From NCBI RefSeq assembly GCF_006345805.1, contig NC_043017.1:13392001-13456000 (forward strand): DNA of 64,000 nucleotides. The letters are read 5' to 3'. Below are positions 1-11,860 of this stretch, in pieces. The position numbers and the translations under genes are program-made. The stretch comes from Octopus sinensis (lineage: Eukaryota). The stretch's first letter is position 1, and the number at the start of each line of letters is the position of its first letter. The notes under the pieces are model-generated. The model was given only the letters and a program-made list of their open reading frames with translations. It made no database searches and had not been told where the DNA came from.

Positions 1-488
1 TAGCTTGGTACTTAAGGGCCGACAGCTATCTAGCACCTTGCCAAAATACCTGTGGGATCTTCATGGAGTAGGGGGTAGATGTTTTCAGGAAACAACCTGA
101 CTTCCTGCTATCCAAGGCCCAAAACGAACCTATATCTAGGCAGGAAGCTCAAAAGAGGGCAGCAGTGTTGAACTCCCCGCTTCACCAAAAGCCAATCACA
201 TAAGAATAGCCACTGAGAAGATGATTACACTGGTGGTGCTCCAGCATGGCCACATCTTTAGGGCTGAAACTTATAAAAGAATATATATATGTGTGTGTAT
301 AGGCATATGTGTGTATGTTTGCGTGTGCTTGCATGGTAGGTAGTAGAAGATATTTGCCCAAGTTATACATCATACATGTCTTTATATGATAAATATGTGT
401 ATACATCTATATACATACATACATACGTTTGTGTGTGGTAAAATAGCTTGGTATTTAAGGGCCTACAGCTATCTAACGCCTAGTTCTT

Positions 489-720
489 AAGGCGGCGAGC
501 TGGCAGAAACGTCAGCACACCGGGCGAAATGCTTAGCGGCATTGAGTCTGTCGTTGCGTTCTGAGTTCAAATTCCGCCGGGATCGACTTTGCCTTTCATC
601 CTTTCGGGGTCGATAAATTAAGTACCAGTTAAGCACTGGGGTCGATGTAATCGACTTAATCCGTTTGTCTGTCCTTGTTTGTCCCCTCTATGTTTAGCCC
701 CTTGTGGGCAATAAAGAAAC
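489..720 (+). mobile_element. SINE family A (tRNA-derived, about 240 bp)
   Basis: ggcggcgagctggcagaa head, B-box-like gagttcaaattcc, end gtgggcaataaagaaa; more than 10 related copies in window. Confidence 0.85.
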
Positions 721-833
721 AGATATTTGCCCAAGTTACTTAGCAGTGGAATTGAACCCAGATTCATGTAGTAGGGAAATGAACTTCTTAACCACAATAG
801 GCCTGCCTTTTACAATTTCCATTGTATTTTCAG

Positions 834-938
834 CATGAAGAAGCTTTGGCAGCAAGAAAAAAGTTCGAGTCACCAGAAGGCGATTTCATGACTTATTTAA
901 ATATCCTGCGAGCCTACAAAGCTGGCAATAGCAACAAG
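834..938 (+). CDS. DHX33: DHX33-like DEAH helicase, first exon in window (HEEALAARKKFESPEGDFMTYLNILRAYKAGNSNK); gene 5'-incomplete
   Basis: ttttcag acceptor at 833, gtaagc donor at 939; 105 nt, phase 0-0; resembles the KKFISSEGDHMTLLNIY region of vertebrate DHX33 as recalled. Confidence 0.9.
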
Positions 939-1029
939 GTAAGCTAAGCTTTTATTGCTTTTGATACCAAACCAATGAGATAATCACTTCTTGTTCTTAT
1001 CTTCCAAATCTTCTCATTTTAATGTGTGT

Positions 1030-1391
1030 GTAAAAGCACCGTCCGTTCGTGTCCGTTGCCAGCATCGCCTGGCCCCGTGCCGGTGACACGTAAAAGCACC
1101 GTCCGTTCGTGGCTGTTTGCCAGCTCTGTCTGGCCCCGTGCCGGTGACACGTAAAAGCACCATCCGTTTGTGGCCGTTCGCCAGCTCTGTCTGGCACCTG
1201 TGCAGGTGGCACGTAAAAAACACCCACTACACTCGCGGAGTGGTTGGCGTTAGGAAGGGCATCCAGCTGTAGAAACACTGCCAGATCAGACTGGGCCTGA
1301 TGCAGCCTTCCGGCTTCACAGACCCCAGTTGAACCGTCCAACCTATGCTAGCTTGGAAAGTGGACGCTAAATGATGATGATGATGATGATG
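1030..1391 (+). mobile_element. Retroposon family D (RTE-type (GAT)n tail, internal hairpin cassettes x3)
   Basis: gagtggttggcgttaggaagggcatccagc...ggacgctaaatgatgatg end shared by more than 10 copies. Confidence 0.8.
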
Positions 1392-2203
1392 TATTTAAAT
1401 TAAAAATCAGTCTATGATAATAATGTGGAAAGCCTTTTGTTAAGGTAATGTCTTAAATACCAGCTTAACTCTTTTGGTACCAACCCTTCTATAACTACCA
1501 TTTGATTCTGTAATCCAACATGGTGACAGCTTTTTCAGTGTTTCTCAACAATTTTAGTCTCATGCCCCACTTTGATTTTCCAAAAACACATGCACACGTT
1601 GAACAATGTGTGCATGAGCAATTTTGGATCAAAAAGCCTCCATGGTGTGAGAGCTGTAAGAGAGAGCAGAAAGCAGATTATTTGAAGAAACACCGACCAC
1701 TTGAGAGTTTTCTGATTAATGAAGAATTTAATAAAATGAGCTTCACCATTATTAAGTTGATGTACAGGGTTTAAATCGACACGGAATTTTGACAGCAAGT
1801 TTTAATTTAGATCACTTTACAACAAGGCAAGTAGCCCAGAGGTTTGGGTATTGCACTCGCAATCATAAGATTGTGATTTCAATTCCTGGATCATGCAGTG
1901 TATTGTGTTCTTGAGCAGAACACTTCAGACCACTGCTCCAGACCACTCAGCTGTCGGTGTACTGGCATCTTATTCAGGAGAGTATTGAAATCTCAGTCAC
2001 TTATACACCATAGAAACCTGGTCAACCAGGTTTAAATTTCAGCCTTTTGAGTGCTAAAGAACTTTACAAACCTAAAAAAAAAGAAGAAACCAAACAAAAG
2101 AAAAACTCAGTTTATGTCATAAAATCAGAAGTGGCCACAGGCTAGAGATGGTATCGAAAGGGTTAACTTAGAAATAAATATACAAAGCTAGTTAGTCTCT
2201 TAA

Positions 2204-2719
2204 CCCTTTTGTTACCAACCCAGCTGAAACCAACTCTGGCTCTGTAGCACAAATGTCTTGTTTTCATAAGTTTTGAATTAAAATCTTCCACCAAACCTTA
2301 GTCACAATTTATGTTCCCAACACTAGCTTAATGATGAAGTTATTTTACTAAATTCTTTGTTATTTCTATTTCTATTTTCCGACCAGACCATCAGATGTTG
2401 TTACACATCGCTGGTCACAATGCGTTTGCATTGTTTTAGCCTTCGAATGACGCCACCCCGCTGGCTAAGCGAGCAGGCCAACAGAAGAAAGAGTGAGAGA
2501 AAGAGTGGTGAAAGAGTACAGCAGGGATCACCACCCCTTGCCGGAGCCTCGTGGAGCTTTTAGGTGTTTTCGCTCAATAAACACTCACAATGCCCGGTCT
2601 GGGAATCGAAACTGCGAGTCTGCTGTCCTAACCACTAGGCCATTGCGCCTCCACTTGTTATATTTAAAGTAATTGAAAGAAACACAGAACATCTCAAAAT
2701 AAATACAGTAACAAAAGGG
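2204..2719. mobile_element. piggyBac-type MITE family P1 (with nested SINE C)
   Basis: TTAA on both sides; TIR cccttttgttac / gtaacaaaaggg. Confidence 0.82.
2378..2655 (-). mobile_element. SINE family C (short-tail variant) nested in a piggyBac-type MITE
   Basis: Minus-strand head gtggaggcgcaatggcctagtggttag with A/B boxes; ttgttat flanks both sides. Confidence 0.8.
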
Positions 2720-3369
2720 TTAAATGCAGTTTTCTTGATTATTTTCACTTATTAATAGAACCACACGCATCAGTTGTGTATTTCATTAGAAGACTAATTA
2801 TGAAAGAATTAACATATTTCAGATATCAGTTTTAATGGTTAAATATCCAATTGTCTAAGAACACTGATTCATAAGATCAGAATATTTCTAGTTATTATCC
2901 TCGTCTTTGGAAATGCTACAATTCTCCATATCCATTTCCAAGGATCGTTTTTTAAAAGCCTCAACATTCTTTCTTATTGCCCACACGACATCAAGGAGAT
3001 TTTGATTTTGTTTCTCTGTATATATATATATATATATATATATTTATTCATTCATTCATTTTCTTTCTTTCATCTCCCCGACACTAAAAGAGATCTATCC
3101 AAAAATGGAGCATTATTCTCGTATCTCTCACTTACTGGCACCACAGACTGCATTCAGAGGAAAACCATATGCCAAACTCCTTCGCTTTTTCTCTCTGATA
3201 GTTTCCAGTGTTTGAGCTGCCGTTCAGCTGTGTCATAATAATGGCTCTTCACAACAGGCTAAACTTACAATCAAGTGTAATAACACTTCTGTATTCTTAG
3301 TAATGTTGATTATTTCTTGTTAACTTGGAGAAAACTTACCTGCTAAAGCATTCATGCTATTATAAACAT

Positions 3370-3740
3370 CCCCACCCTCTCTCTCTCCCGCTCTCTCTGT
3401 TTATATTTCTTTTTATTTTGCTCTCTTTATCTTGCTCCTGCCCTCTTTCTTTCTATCTCTACTCTTGCTTCCACACTATTTTTGGGGGGGGGGTCTATCT
3501 ATCTTTCTTTTTATCTTTGTCTCCCTCTTTCCATCTTTCTCTTCCTATCTCTCCATCCTGCTCTCCCTCTCTCTCTCTCTACCCCTATCTCTTTCTTTCT
3601 TTTAATCTCTACTCCTGTCTCCACACCCACCATTTTTTTGGTCTATCTATCTTTCTACCTCTTCACCCATCATCTCTCAGTCATCTTCCCCCCCACTACA
3701 CTTTACATTTCGATATAAATTATTCTTCTCTCTCATTGCT
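3370..3740. repeat. Polypyrimidine (CT-rich) low-complexity tract
   Basis: Strong strand asymmetry; yields spurious Leu/Ser/Phe ORFs. Confidence 0.8.
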
Positions 3741-4544
3741 TCTCAATCTCAAAATTGCCGCATCTTTGTTGGTTACCTCTACTAAAAACCTTCACAGAGC
3801 AGAGACCTACTTTGATATTTACCTTCCTACCTGCTTGCTAGCTTCCTTGCTTGCTTGTTAGCTCTTGATATTTTTTTCTTCTTCTTTTCCTGCTTAATTT
3901 ATTGTTTAGCCTTATGACGTGAGTTTTCTTTCTCTATGACTACAGTACATGAGAATCTATCCATATATAGTCTTCATTTCACTTTCATATTTATCTAGCG
4001 CCAAACCACCTGTTTTTCTCTCAAAGCCTGTCAGCATTAGGTAGTGTATTACCATGTTGTCCTGATACTGATGCAGGAGAGCTACCATTATTATTATTAT
4101 TATTATTATCATCGTCATCATCATCATCATCATCCATAGAATCATCATCATCATCATCATCCGTAGAATCATAATTGGTTAACAGAAATGTTAAGGCATT
4201 ATCAAGGTCAACTTTGCCTTATATCCTTTCAGGGGTTGATTATAAAAAAGTACCAGTTGATTACTGAGGTTGATGTAATTAACTACTCACTTCCTAATTG
4301 CTGGTCTTGTGCCAAAATTTGAAACAATTATTTTTATCGTTGTTGTTATTATTATTATTATTGTTGTTATTATTATTGTTGTTGTAATCTGTTTTGATAA
4401 ACGTACAATAAACAAACATGTTTGTTAAAACAATGTTTTTAAACTGTCTGTCTGACACCAACCCTCTTGAGGCTGCCTCTAGTTTTAGGATCCAAAACCA
4501 ACCAACCTTAGAATGTTTAATTTAAAATTAGTATCAACCATTAA

Positions 4545-4775
4545 CCCTTTAGTGTTTAAATTATTCTGTTAAATGTAATACTTCTTCATTCAAATTCATC
4601 ATCATCAACTTGAATTAATCATGCATTATCTTATAGCTTTGAGGTTTCAATAATGTCACTATTTATTTTTAGAGTCTCAATGTAGGGTAGGTGCTTAAAG
4701 GCTAGATATCGCCAGTTTGAATATAAAACATGTAAAATATTTGAGCCGGATATGGCCGGTTTAAACACTAAAGGG
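4545..4775. mobile_element. piggyBac-type MITE family P2
   Basis: TTAA TSD; perfect 16-bp TIR ccctttagtgtttaaa. Confidence 0.85.
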
Positions 4776-4859
4776 TTAAAGACTCTGTTCAAAAAAGATT
4801 TTCTTTTATTATTTTGTGTTCCCTAAACATCAGCTTACTGATGGAAGAGTTAGCCTTGC

Positions 4860-5295
4860 ATCAGTGCAAGCAGGACTGCATGATGATGGAGCTTACTTTA
4901 CAACCATATGGTCGTGGGCTTGATGCTGCTGTTGCTGTTGAGCGAAGTGGTCTTCGTCCTCTTGGGAGAAGTCCGAAACGTGGTCCTTTGCTATTCGTAA
5001 GACCCGTAGAAGAGAAAGCAGGTCAACCCCCGACACCGAGAGCATCGACGGATGGATGAATGCGCATCCAGGCTCAGCAGTTGCGTAGGAAGTCAGGGAC
5101 AAAAAACAGGAAGAAAGAGTGAGAGAAAGTTGTAGCGAAAGAGTACAACAGGGGTTGCCACCACCCCCTGCCAGAGCCTCATGGAGCTTTAGGTGTTTTC
5201 ACTCAATAAACACACACAATGCCCAGTCTGGGAATCGAAACTGCGATCCTCAGACCGCGAGGCCGCTGTCCTAACCATTGGGCCATTGCGCCTCC
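4860..5295 (-). mobile_element. SINE C with a third type of 3' tail
   Basis: Head and body as family C; 3' part (4860-5100) unrelated to the other C tails. Confidence 0.7.
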
Positions 5296-5403
5296 TGATG
5301 CTGCTGTGTGGCACCTTGGGCAAGATTTATATACAGGATCAGGTCAATCAAAACATTTGGAAATTCACTGGACAGAAAACATGGAAAACATGTGGAAACA
5401 AAA

Positions 5404-6584
5404 GGTGGCGAGCTGGCAGAAACGTTAACACACCAGGCAAAATGCTTAGCGCTATTTCATCTGCCGTTATGTTCTGAGTTCATATTCCGCTGAGGTCGAC
5501 TTTGCCGTTCATCCTTTCAGGGTCGATAAATTAAGTACCAGTTACGCACTGGGGTCGATGTAATCAACTTAATCCCTTTGTCTGTCCTTATTTGTCCCCT
5601 CTTTATTTAGCCCCTTGTGGGTAATAAAGAAATAGGTATATGGTGGCGAGCTGGCAGAAACGTTAGCACGCCGGCAAAATGCTTAGCGCTATTTCATCTG
5701 CCGTTATGTTCTGAGTTCAAATTCCGCTGAGGTCGACTTTGCCTTTCATCCTTTCAGGGTCGATAAATTAAGTACCATTACGCACTGGGGTCGATGTAAT
5801 CAACTTAATCCCTTTGTCTGTCCTTATTTGTCCCCTCTTTATTTAGCCCCTTGTGGGTAATAAAGAAATAGGTATATGGTGGCGAGCTGGCAGAAACGTT
5901 AGCACGCCGGCCGAAATGCTTAGCGCTATTTCATCTGCCGTTATGTTCTGAGTTCAAATTCCGCTGAAGTTGACTTTGCCGTTCATCCTTTCAGGGTCGA
6001 TAAATTAAGTACCAGTTACGCATTGGGGTCGATGTAATCAACTTAGTCCCTTTGTCTGTCCTTATTTGTCCCCTCTATATTTAGCCCCTTGTGGGTAATA
6101 AAGAAATAGGTATATGGTGGCGAGCTGGCAGAAACGTTAGCACGCCGGGCGAAATGCTTAGCGCTATTTCATCTGCCGTTATGTTCTGAGTTCAAATTCC
6201 GCTGAGGTCGACTTTGCCGTTCATCCTTTCAGGGTCGATAAATTAAGTACCAGTTACGCACTGGGGTCGATGTAATCAACTTAGTCCTTTTGTCTGTCCT
6301 TATTTGTCCCCTCTATATTTAGCCTCTTGTGGGTAATAAAGAAATAGGTATATGGTGGCGAGCTGGCAGAAACGTTAGCATGCCGGGCGAAATGCTTAGC
6401 GCTATTTCATCTGCCGTTATGTTCTGAGTTCAAATTCCGCTGAGGTCGACTTTGCCGTTCATCCTTTCAGGGTCGATAAATTAAGTACCAGTTACGCACT
6501 GGGGTTGATGTAATCAATTTAATTCCTTTGTCTGTCCTTATTTGTCCCCTCTATATTTAGCCCCTTGTGGGCAATAAAGAAATA
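5404..6584 (+). repeat. Head-to-tail array of five full-length SINE A copies (unit about 238 bp)
   Basis: Units start at about 5404, 5642, 5878, 6116 and 6354. Confidence 0.95.
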
Positions 6585-6835
6585 AGAAAACATATTTAAC
6601 AACAAAATCTTATATGAACCCCCCAAGGCCATATGGAAGGACCCTGGTTGAGAATCACTGATTTAGATCATCATCTTAAAAAAGCAAGTTTGTATCATCT
6701 TAAAAAAGCAAGACGGTTGGTATCAGAAAGGTTAAGTTTTATTCTATTTTATAATTGCTTTTATAAAATATATGTATTAGTGACAGTCAGTACTAATACC
6801 GGAAGTAATACTTAACCCCACCATATTTTTTTAAT

Positions 6836-7203
6836 AGGCGCAGGAGTGGCTGTGTGGTAAGTAGCTTGCTTACCAACCACATGGTTCCGGGTTCAGTCCC
6901 ACTGTGTGGCACTTTGAGCAAGTGTCTTCTACTATAGCCTCGGGCCGACCAAAACCTTGTGAGTGGATTTGGTAGGCGGAAACTGAAAGAAGCCCATCGT
7001 ATATATATGTGTTTGTCCACCACCCCCAACATCGCTTGACAACTGATGCTGGTATGTTTACGTCCCCATAATTTAGCGGTTCGACAAAAGAGACTGATAA
7101 AATAAGTACTAGGCTTACAAAGAATAAGTCTTGGGGTCAATTTGCTCGACTAAAGGCGGTGCTCCAGCATGGCCGCAGTCAAATGACTGAAACAAGTAAA
7201 AGA
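6836..7203 (+). mobile_element. SINE family B (tRNA head, CORE-like segment, central (AT/GT)n, gtaaaaga tail)
   Basis: ggcgcaggagtggctgtgtggtaag head, ggttcagtccc B-box, MIR/CORE-like ggcactttgagcaagtgtctt; ends about 100 bp before a DHX33 exon. Confidence 0.85.
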
Positions 7204-7310
7204 AGACATCCACATTTAAGTGGGGATAAATATTACCTTTCACTTTTTTTATAAGTTTCAGCCACAATTTATTTGAAAATAATTCAATTTGTTGAATTAT
7301 TCTATTTCAG

Positions 7311-7447
7311 AAATGGTGCCGAGAAAATTTTGTGAATTCAAAAAATGCTCAGATGGCATTAGATGTACGTAAGCAGCTACGTACAATCTGTATAGACCAA
7401 TCGTTTCAGATAAACTCCTCTGTCAGAGATTCGTCAGCAGCAGTCAG
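7311..7447 (+). CDS. DHX33: DHX33-like exon (KWCRENFVNSKNAQMALDVRKQLRTICIDQSFQINSSVRDSSAAVR)
   Basis: tatttcag acceptor, GT at 7448; 137 nt, phase 0-2; matches WCKENFVNSKN...VRAQLRDIC of DHX33. Confidence 0.9.
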
Positions 7448-7540
7448 GTTCGACTCTATATTTAATTTTTCACTTTTCATTTCTATTTTTAATCTTTCAT
7501 TTTGTACACATAATTAATCTCCTCCTATCATCTACACCAG

Positions 7541-7610
<70 letters not shown>

Positions 7611-8735
7611 ATACACATACAGCTAATTATAGAATGTCTGGTGTGTATGTGTGTGTATATATGTTGAAGATAAATCACATTTACTTCATTTCCCTTCTAT
7701 TTAGGTACATACGTCAGTTTGAGTCATTAATAGAAATAAAGGTGGTGGTAGCGGTTTCTAATTTTAGGTACAAAGCCAGCAATTTTGGAGTAGGGGGTGA
7801 TGCTTCTACCAATTCAGAATCCTAATAATAATTGTAGTAGTGGTAGTAGTTGTAATTTTTTTTATTTGCCACAAGGGCTTAAAAAGAAAGAGAGAGGAAC
7901 TGTTCAAAAGGACAGGATATAATATTGTGAAGGATTTGCATAAAATATGTCAAAATAGAATAACAAAAACAAGAAATAATAAAATAACAATTAAAATCCT
8001 CAGTTTCAAGGAAAACTCTTAACATAACCTGGTTTAACTTGGATTATCTTGACCAGCAACAGCAAGTGCCTTTTCCAATTTGTTGTTTTCCTAACCTACT
8101 GGTGCATGCTCAAAGTAGGCCCATTCACTCAGGGGTTATGTTAACCACTTGCACCCACCCTTCAAGAAATTTACTGTGTAGCACCTCTCTGTCTATTCCC
8201 ATCTTCTTTCTAAGCACATTTCAAAAATGTCGATAAGGACAGACTGAAGAGGCAATCTTCTGTCCTCATGCATTTCAGTCCTGTCCTCCATACACACTCT
8301 TTCATCTTAGCCACCAGGTAAAGGAAAATTGCCTGACCTTTCCAGCCAAAGAAAGGCGATAGATGATGTTTTACATTCGTCACTGTCATCAGTGTTTTAA
8401 CATCCACTTTTCCATGAATCCATTTGGTGATACAGAATTCAGTGAGGCAGATTTTTCTATGGCTGGATGCCTTTCCTGTTGCCTACCTTTACTTGAAGAA
8501 TTTGGGGAGCGTGGAGAATTAAAATTTTAAAATGTGTTTTTTTTTGTTGTTTTTTTCAGAATCAGAATCTCCATACTCGAAAATGGGGAGAATTCTGTAA
8601 AAGAAAAAAAGTTACAAAGGGGGTGCTGAAGGTGGCAATTTCTCTGACTAAAACCCTTCAAGGCAGTGCTTCGGTATGGCCAGTCAAATGACTGAAACAA
8701 ATAAAAGAATATATATATATATGCACACATACATT

Positions 8736-8886
8736 CTATTCATTAAAGCCCTCAAAAAATCTTCGCAAACTGTTACTCAGAGTTTCACATGACCATTCAT
8801 CTGACAGTTGTGATAAATGGTCTAAGTGATAGTTTGTGAAAATTTTTCCAGCTTTAAAAAATAGCATATTACTCTATCGTTGGTAA
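8736..8886. mobile_element. Degenerate palindromic MITE-like element
   Basis: aatcttcgcaaactgttact versus reverse complement of agtgatagtttgtgaaaatt. Confidence 0.45.
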
Positions 8887-10049
8887 TTGACTACTGTTTT
8901 TTTCACCTTATTTTGCATGTATGTGCTTACTTGTGTGTGTGTAATATATATATATACATATATCGTCCAACCCATGCTAGCATGGAAAGCGGATGTTAAA
9001 CGATGATGAGGATGATATATCGCAGAGAAATATAAGCAATGTTCCAAAAAATAAAAGCCTTTTGTAAATCTATACCTTTAAACAAAATACATTAGACAGT
9101 CTCTTGTCACTTTTACTATCTTAGTGAACCAGTAATTAGCCAATTAGAAGTCTGCAAGCATTGACATATTTTGAATGATGCAGTTTTAGGTACACTATGA
9201 TAATCCTGAAAAAAATATGTTAAGATGGTCACAGATGGAATGTCTGATCATATAACAGCTCAGTGAGGGCTAGCCCAGTGCCAAAAAACAATAATATGTG
9301 TTTTCTGTCATCAGCATTTAACTTCCATTGTTCCTTCCTAGCATGGTTCATGAGAATTTGTTGAGGAACATTTTCTACTGCGGGATGCTCTTACTGTTGT
9401 CAACCCTTGCTTTGTTTCCAAGCAAGGTTATATTTCACCATGTTTTTACAGAAGGATGGATGTAGACAATACTGCTCGTACCATGGTGGCATTCATTTTG
9501 CAGCCATCATGCAATGTCAAGAACAAGGAGGCACAAACCACCCCACCTACACACACTCACATACATATACACACACATATATATGTTTTTAAGTCATAGG
9601 ACTGCAGCCATGCTGGAGCACTGCCTTGAAGAAATTTTAGTCAAATGAATCAACCCCAGTACTAATCTCTTTTTAAGCCTGGCACTTATTCTGTTAGTCT
9701 CTTCTGCTAAACCACTAAGTAAAGGGGATATAAACACACCAACACCAGTTGTCAAGCAGTAGTAGGGGACAAACACACACACACACAGAGCAGGCTTCTG
9801 TCAGTCTCTGACTACCAAATCCACTCACAAGGCTTTGGTCAGCCCAAGGCTGTAGTAGAAGACACTTGTCCAGGGTGTCACATGGTGAGACTGAACCCTG
9901 AACCATGTGGTTGGAAAGCAAGCTTCTTACCACACAGCCAAGTTTGCACCAAATCTTATATGAACCCCCAAGGGCCATATGGAAGGACCCTGGTTGAGAA
10001 TCACTGATTTAGATCATCATCTTATATATATATATATATATTATATATA

Positions 10050-10097
<48 letters not shown>

Positions 10098-10472
10098 GGC
10101 ATGTAAAAAGCACCCACTACACTCATGGAATGGTTGGCATTAGGAAGGGCATCCAGGTGTAGAAACTCTGCCAGATCAGACTGGAGCCTGGTGCAACCTC
10201 CTGGCTTCTCGGACCCCGGTCAAACCATCCAACCCATGCTAGCATGGGAAACGGACGTTAAACAATGATGATGATGATATATATATGTGTGTGTGTGTGT
10301 GTGTGTCATCCAACTCAGCCTGCCATAAATCTATTCTGATAGCAACATGGGTCACTGATGATGTACCCTGTAAAGAAGCTTGAATATTTCCAGAAACTGC
10401 TCACCATTATTTAGAGCTGATGACCATTTGAGATTTGTCTCAGGCAACAAAAAAAAAAAAGTTAAAAGGTTG

Positions 10473-10897
10473 ACAGAGTGGCTGTGTGGTAAGTAGCTTG
10501 TTTACCAACCACATGATTCCGGGGTCAGTCCCACTGCATGGCACCTTGGGCAAGTGTCTTCTACTATAGCCTCGGGCCGACCAAAGCCTTGTAAGTGGAT
10601 TTGGTAGATGGAAACTGAAAGAAGCCCGTCGTATATATGTATATATGTATATATATATATATATATAAGTGTGTGTGTGTGTTTGTGTGTCTGTGTTTGT
10701 CCCCCTAGCATTGCTTGACAACCGATGCTGGTGTGTTTACGTCCCCGTCACTTAGCGGTTCGGCAAAAGAGACCGATAGAATAAGTACTGGGCTTACAAA
10801 AGAATAAGTTCCGGGGTCGATTTGCTCGACTAAAGGCGGTGCTCCAGCATGGCCGCAGTCAAATGACTGAAACAAGTAAAAGAGTAAAAGAGTAAAG
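10473..10897 (+). mobile_element. SINE B
   Basis: Near full-length match to family B. Confidence 0.85.
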
Positions 10898-11639
10898 AGT
10901 ATCCAAGAAGAGCACTCGGCAACACACAGTCCTGTGCAATCCATGCTGGCATGGAAAAGCGGAAGTGAAAACATAACAAAAGATAAAGTTTCAGTTGATG
11001 ATAAATTTGAAATTGTAAATTTTTCTCGGTTACAATTCCAGTCTGTTGGTGGTATTCCAAAATCAACAAAAATAAAGATTATGTTGTGTTGTTACTGAAC
11101 AATGTAGGTTTGTTTGGCTCACACCATCTGCTAGTCGCATAATGGGTAAACGGTTACATTGACAGAAATTTCTAGATAAGAATAATGTTGATGTGAAAAA
11201 CAAACTACAAAACCACTATTGATATAGATGAGTGTGTGGATGTTTAAGTTTGTTTGTTTTTACATCTGTTTTTCCATGCTGGCATGGGTTAGACATTTAT
11301 ATCATTCAGGCATTGTCCTCCGTGTCACTAACCCATTCTTGTTTTTCCAAGTAAGGGACCTCTTATTACACATGTTTTCAAAGGTGTGAAGCGAGTAGAG
11401 GTTTATTGTCAGAACTGATAACAACATCACCGGCTGCAGCTTTTTTGTAATGGGATAAAATGTAAACAAACACACACACACGTGCTTGCACATGATTTGC
11501 TTCTTTCAGTTTCTGTCTACCAAATTTCCTCTCTAGAGGAATTCTTGTGTTACATAATCACTCTTTGAAGTTATATTTTGGCGAACTTGTTAAGGTGGAA
11601 AATATTAAAAAATTTCCAACAATAATAAAAACGTATATA

Positions 11640-11860
11640 ATTTGTATATATATATATATTTTTTTTTTTCTCTCCTTGTTTCTTTCTGTGTTTCTTTCTG
11701 TGTTTCTTTTCTGTGTATCTTTCTGTTGAAGAGCATAGGCTCGAAACGTAAAAGACTTGTTTTATTTATATTCCTGAGCGCCATACTAATACAATTGTTT
11801 GTTTGTATTCCACCTGCCTTCGTCTTTTGTCTATTTTCATAAAGCTTCCCGTTATATATA
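11640..11860 (+). mobile_element. Penelope-like element terminal-repeat fragment carrying a hammerhead-like motif (11718-11755)
   Basis: ctgttgaagagcataggctcgaaacgtaaaaga motif; homologous to 28918-29060 on -. PLE assignment is inferred from the motif. Confidence 0.6.

Noticed and set aside
1520-1798. 84-aa and 87-aa ORFs; possible exon or DDE relic
   Set aside because: No convincing homology or splice context. It may lie in a decayed TTAA element (about 1469-2162), but the TIRs are too degenerate to call.
3325-3861. 178-aa ORF (likewise 17988-18584, 198 aa)
   Set aside because: Produced by CT-rich low-complexity tracts; Leu/Ser/Phe/Pro bias.
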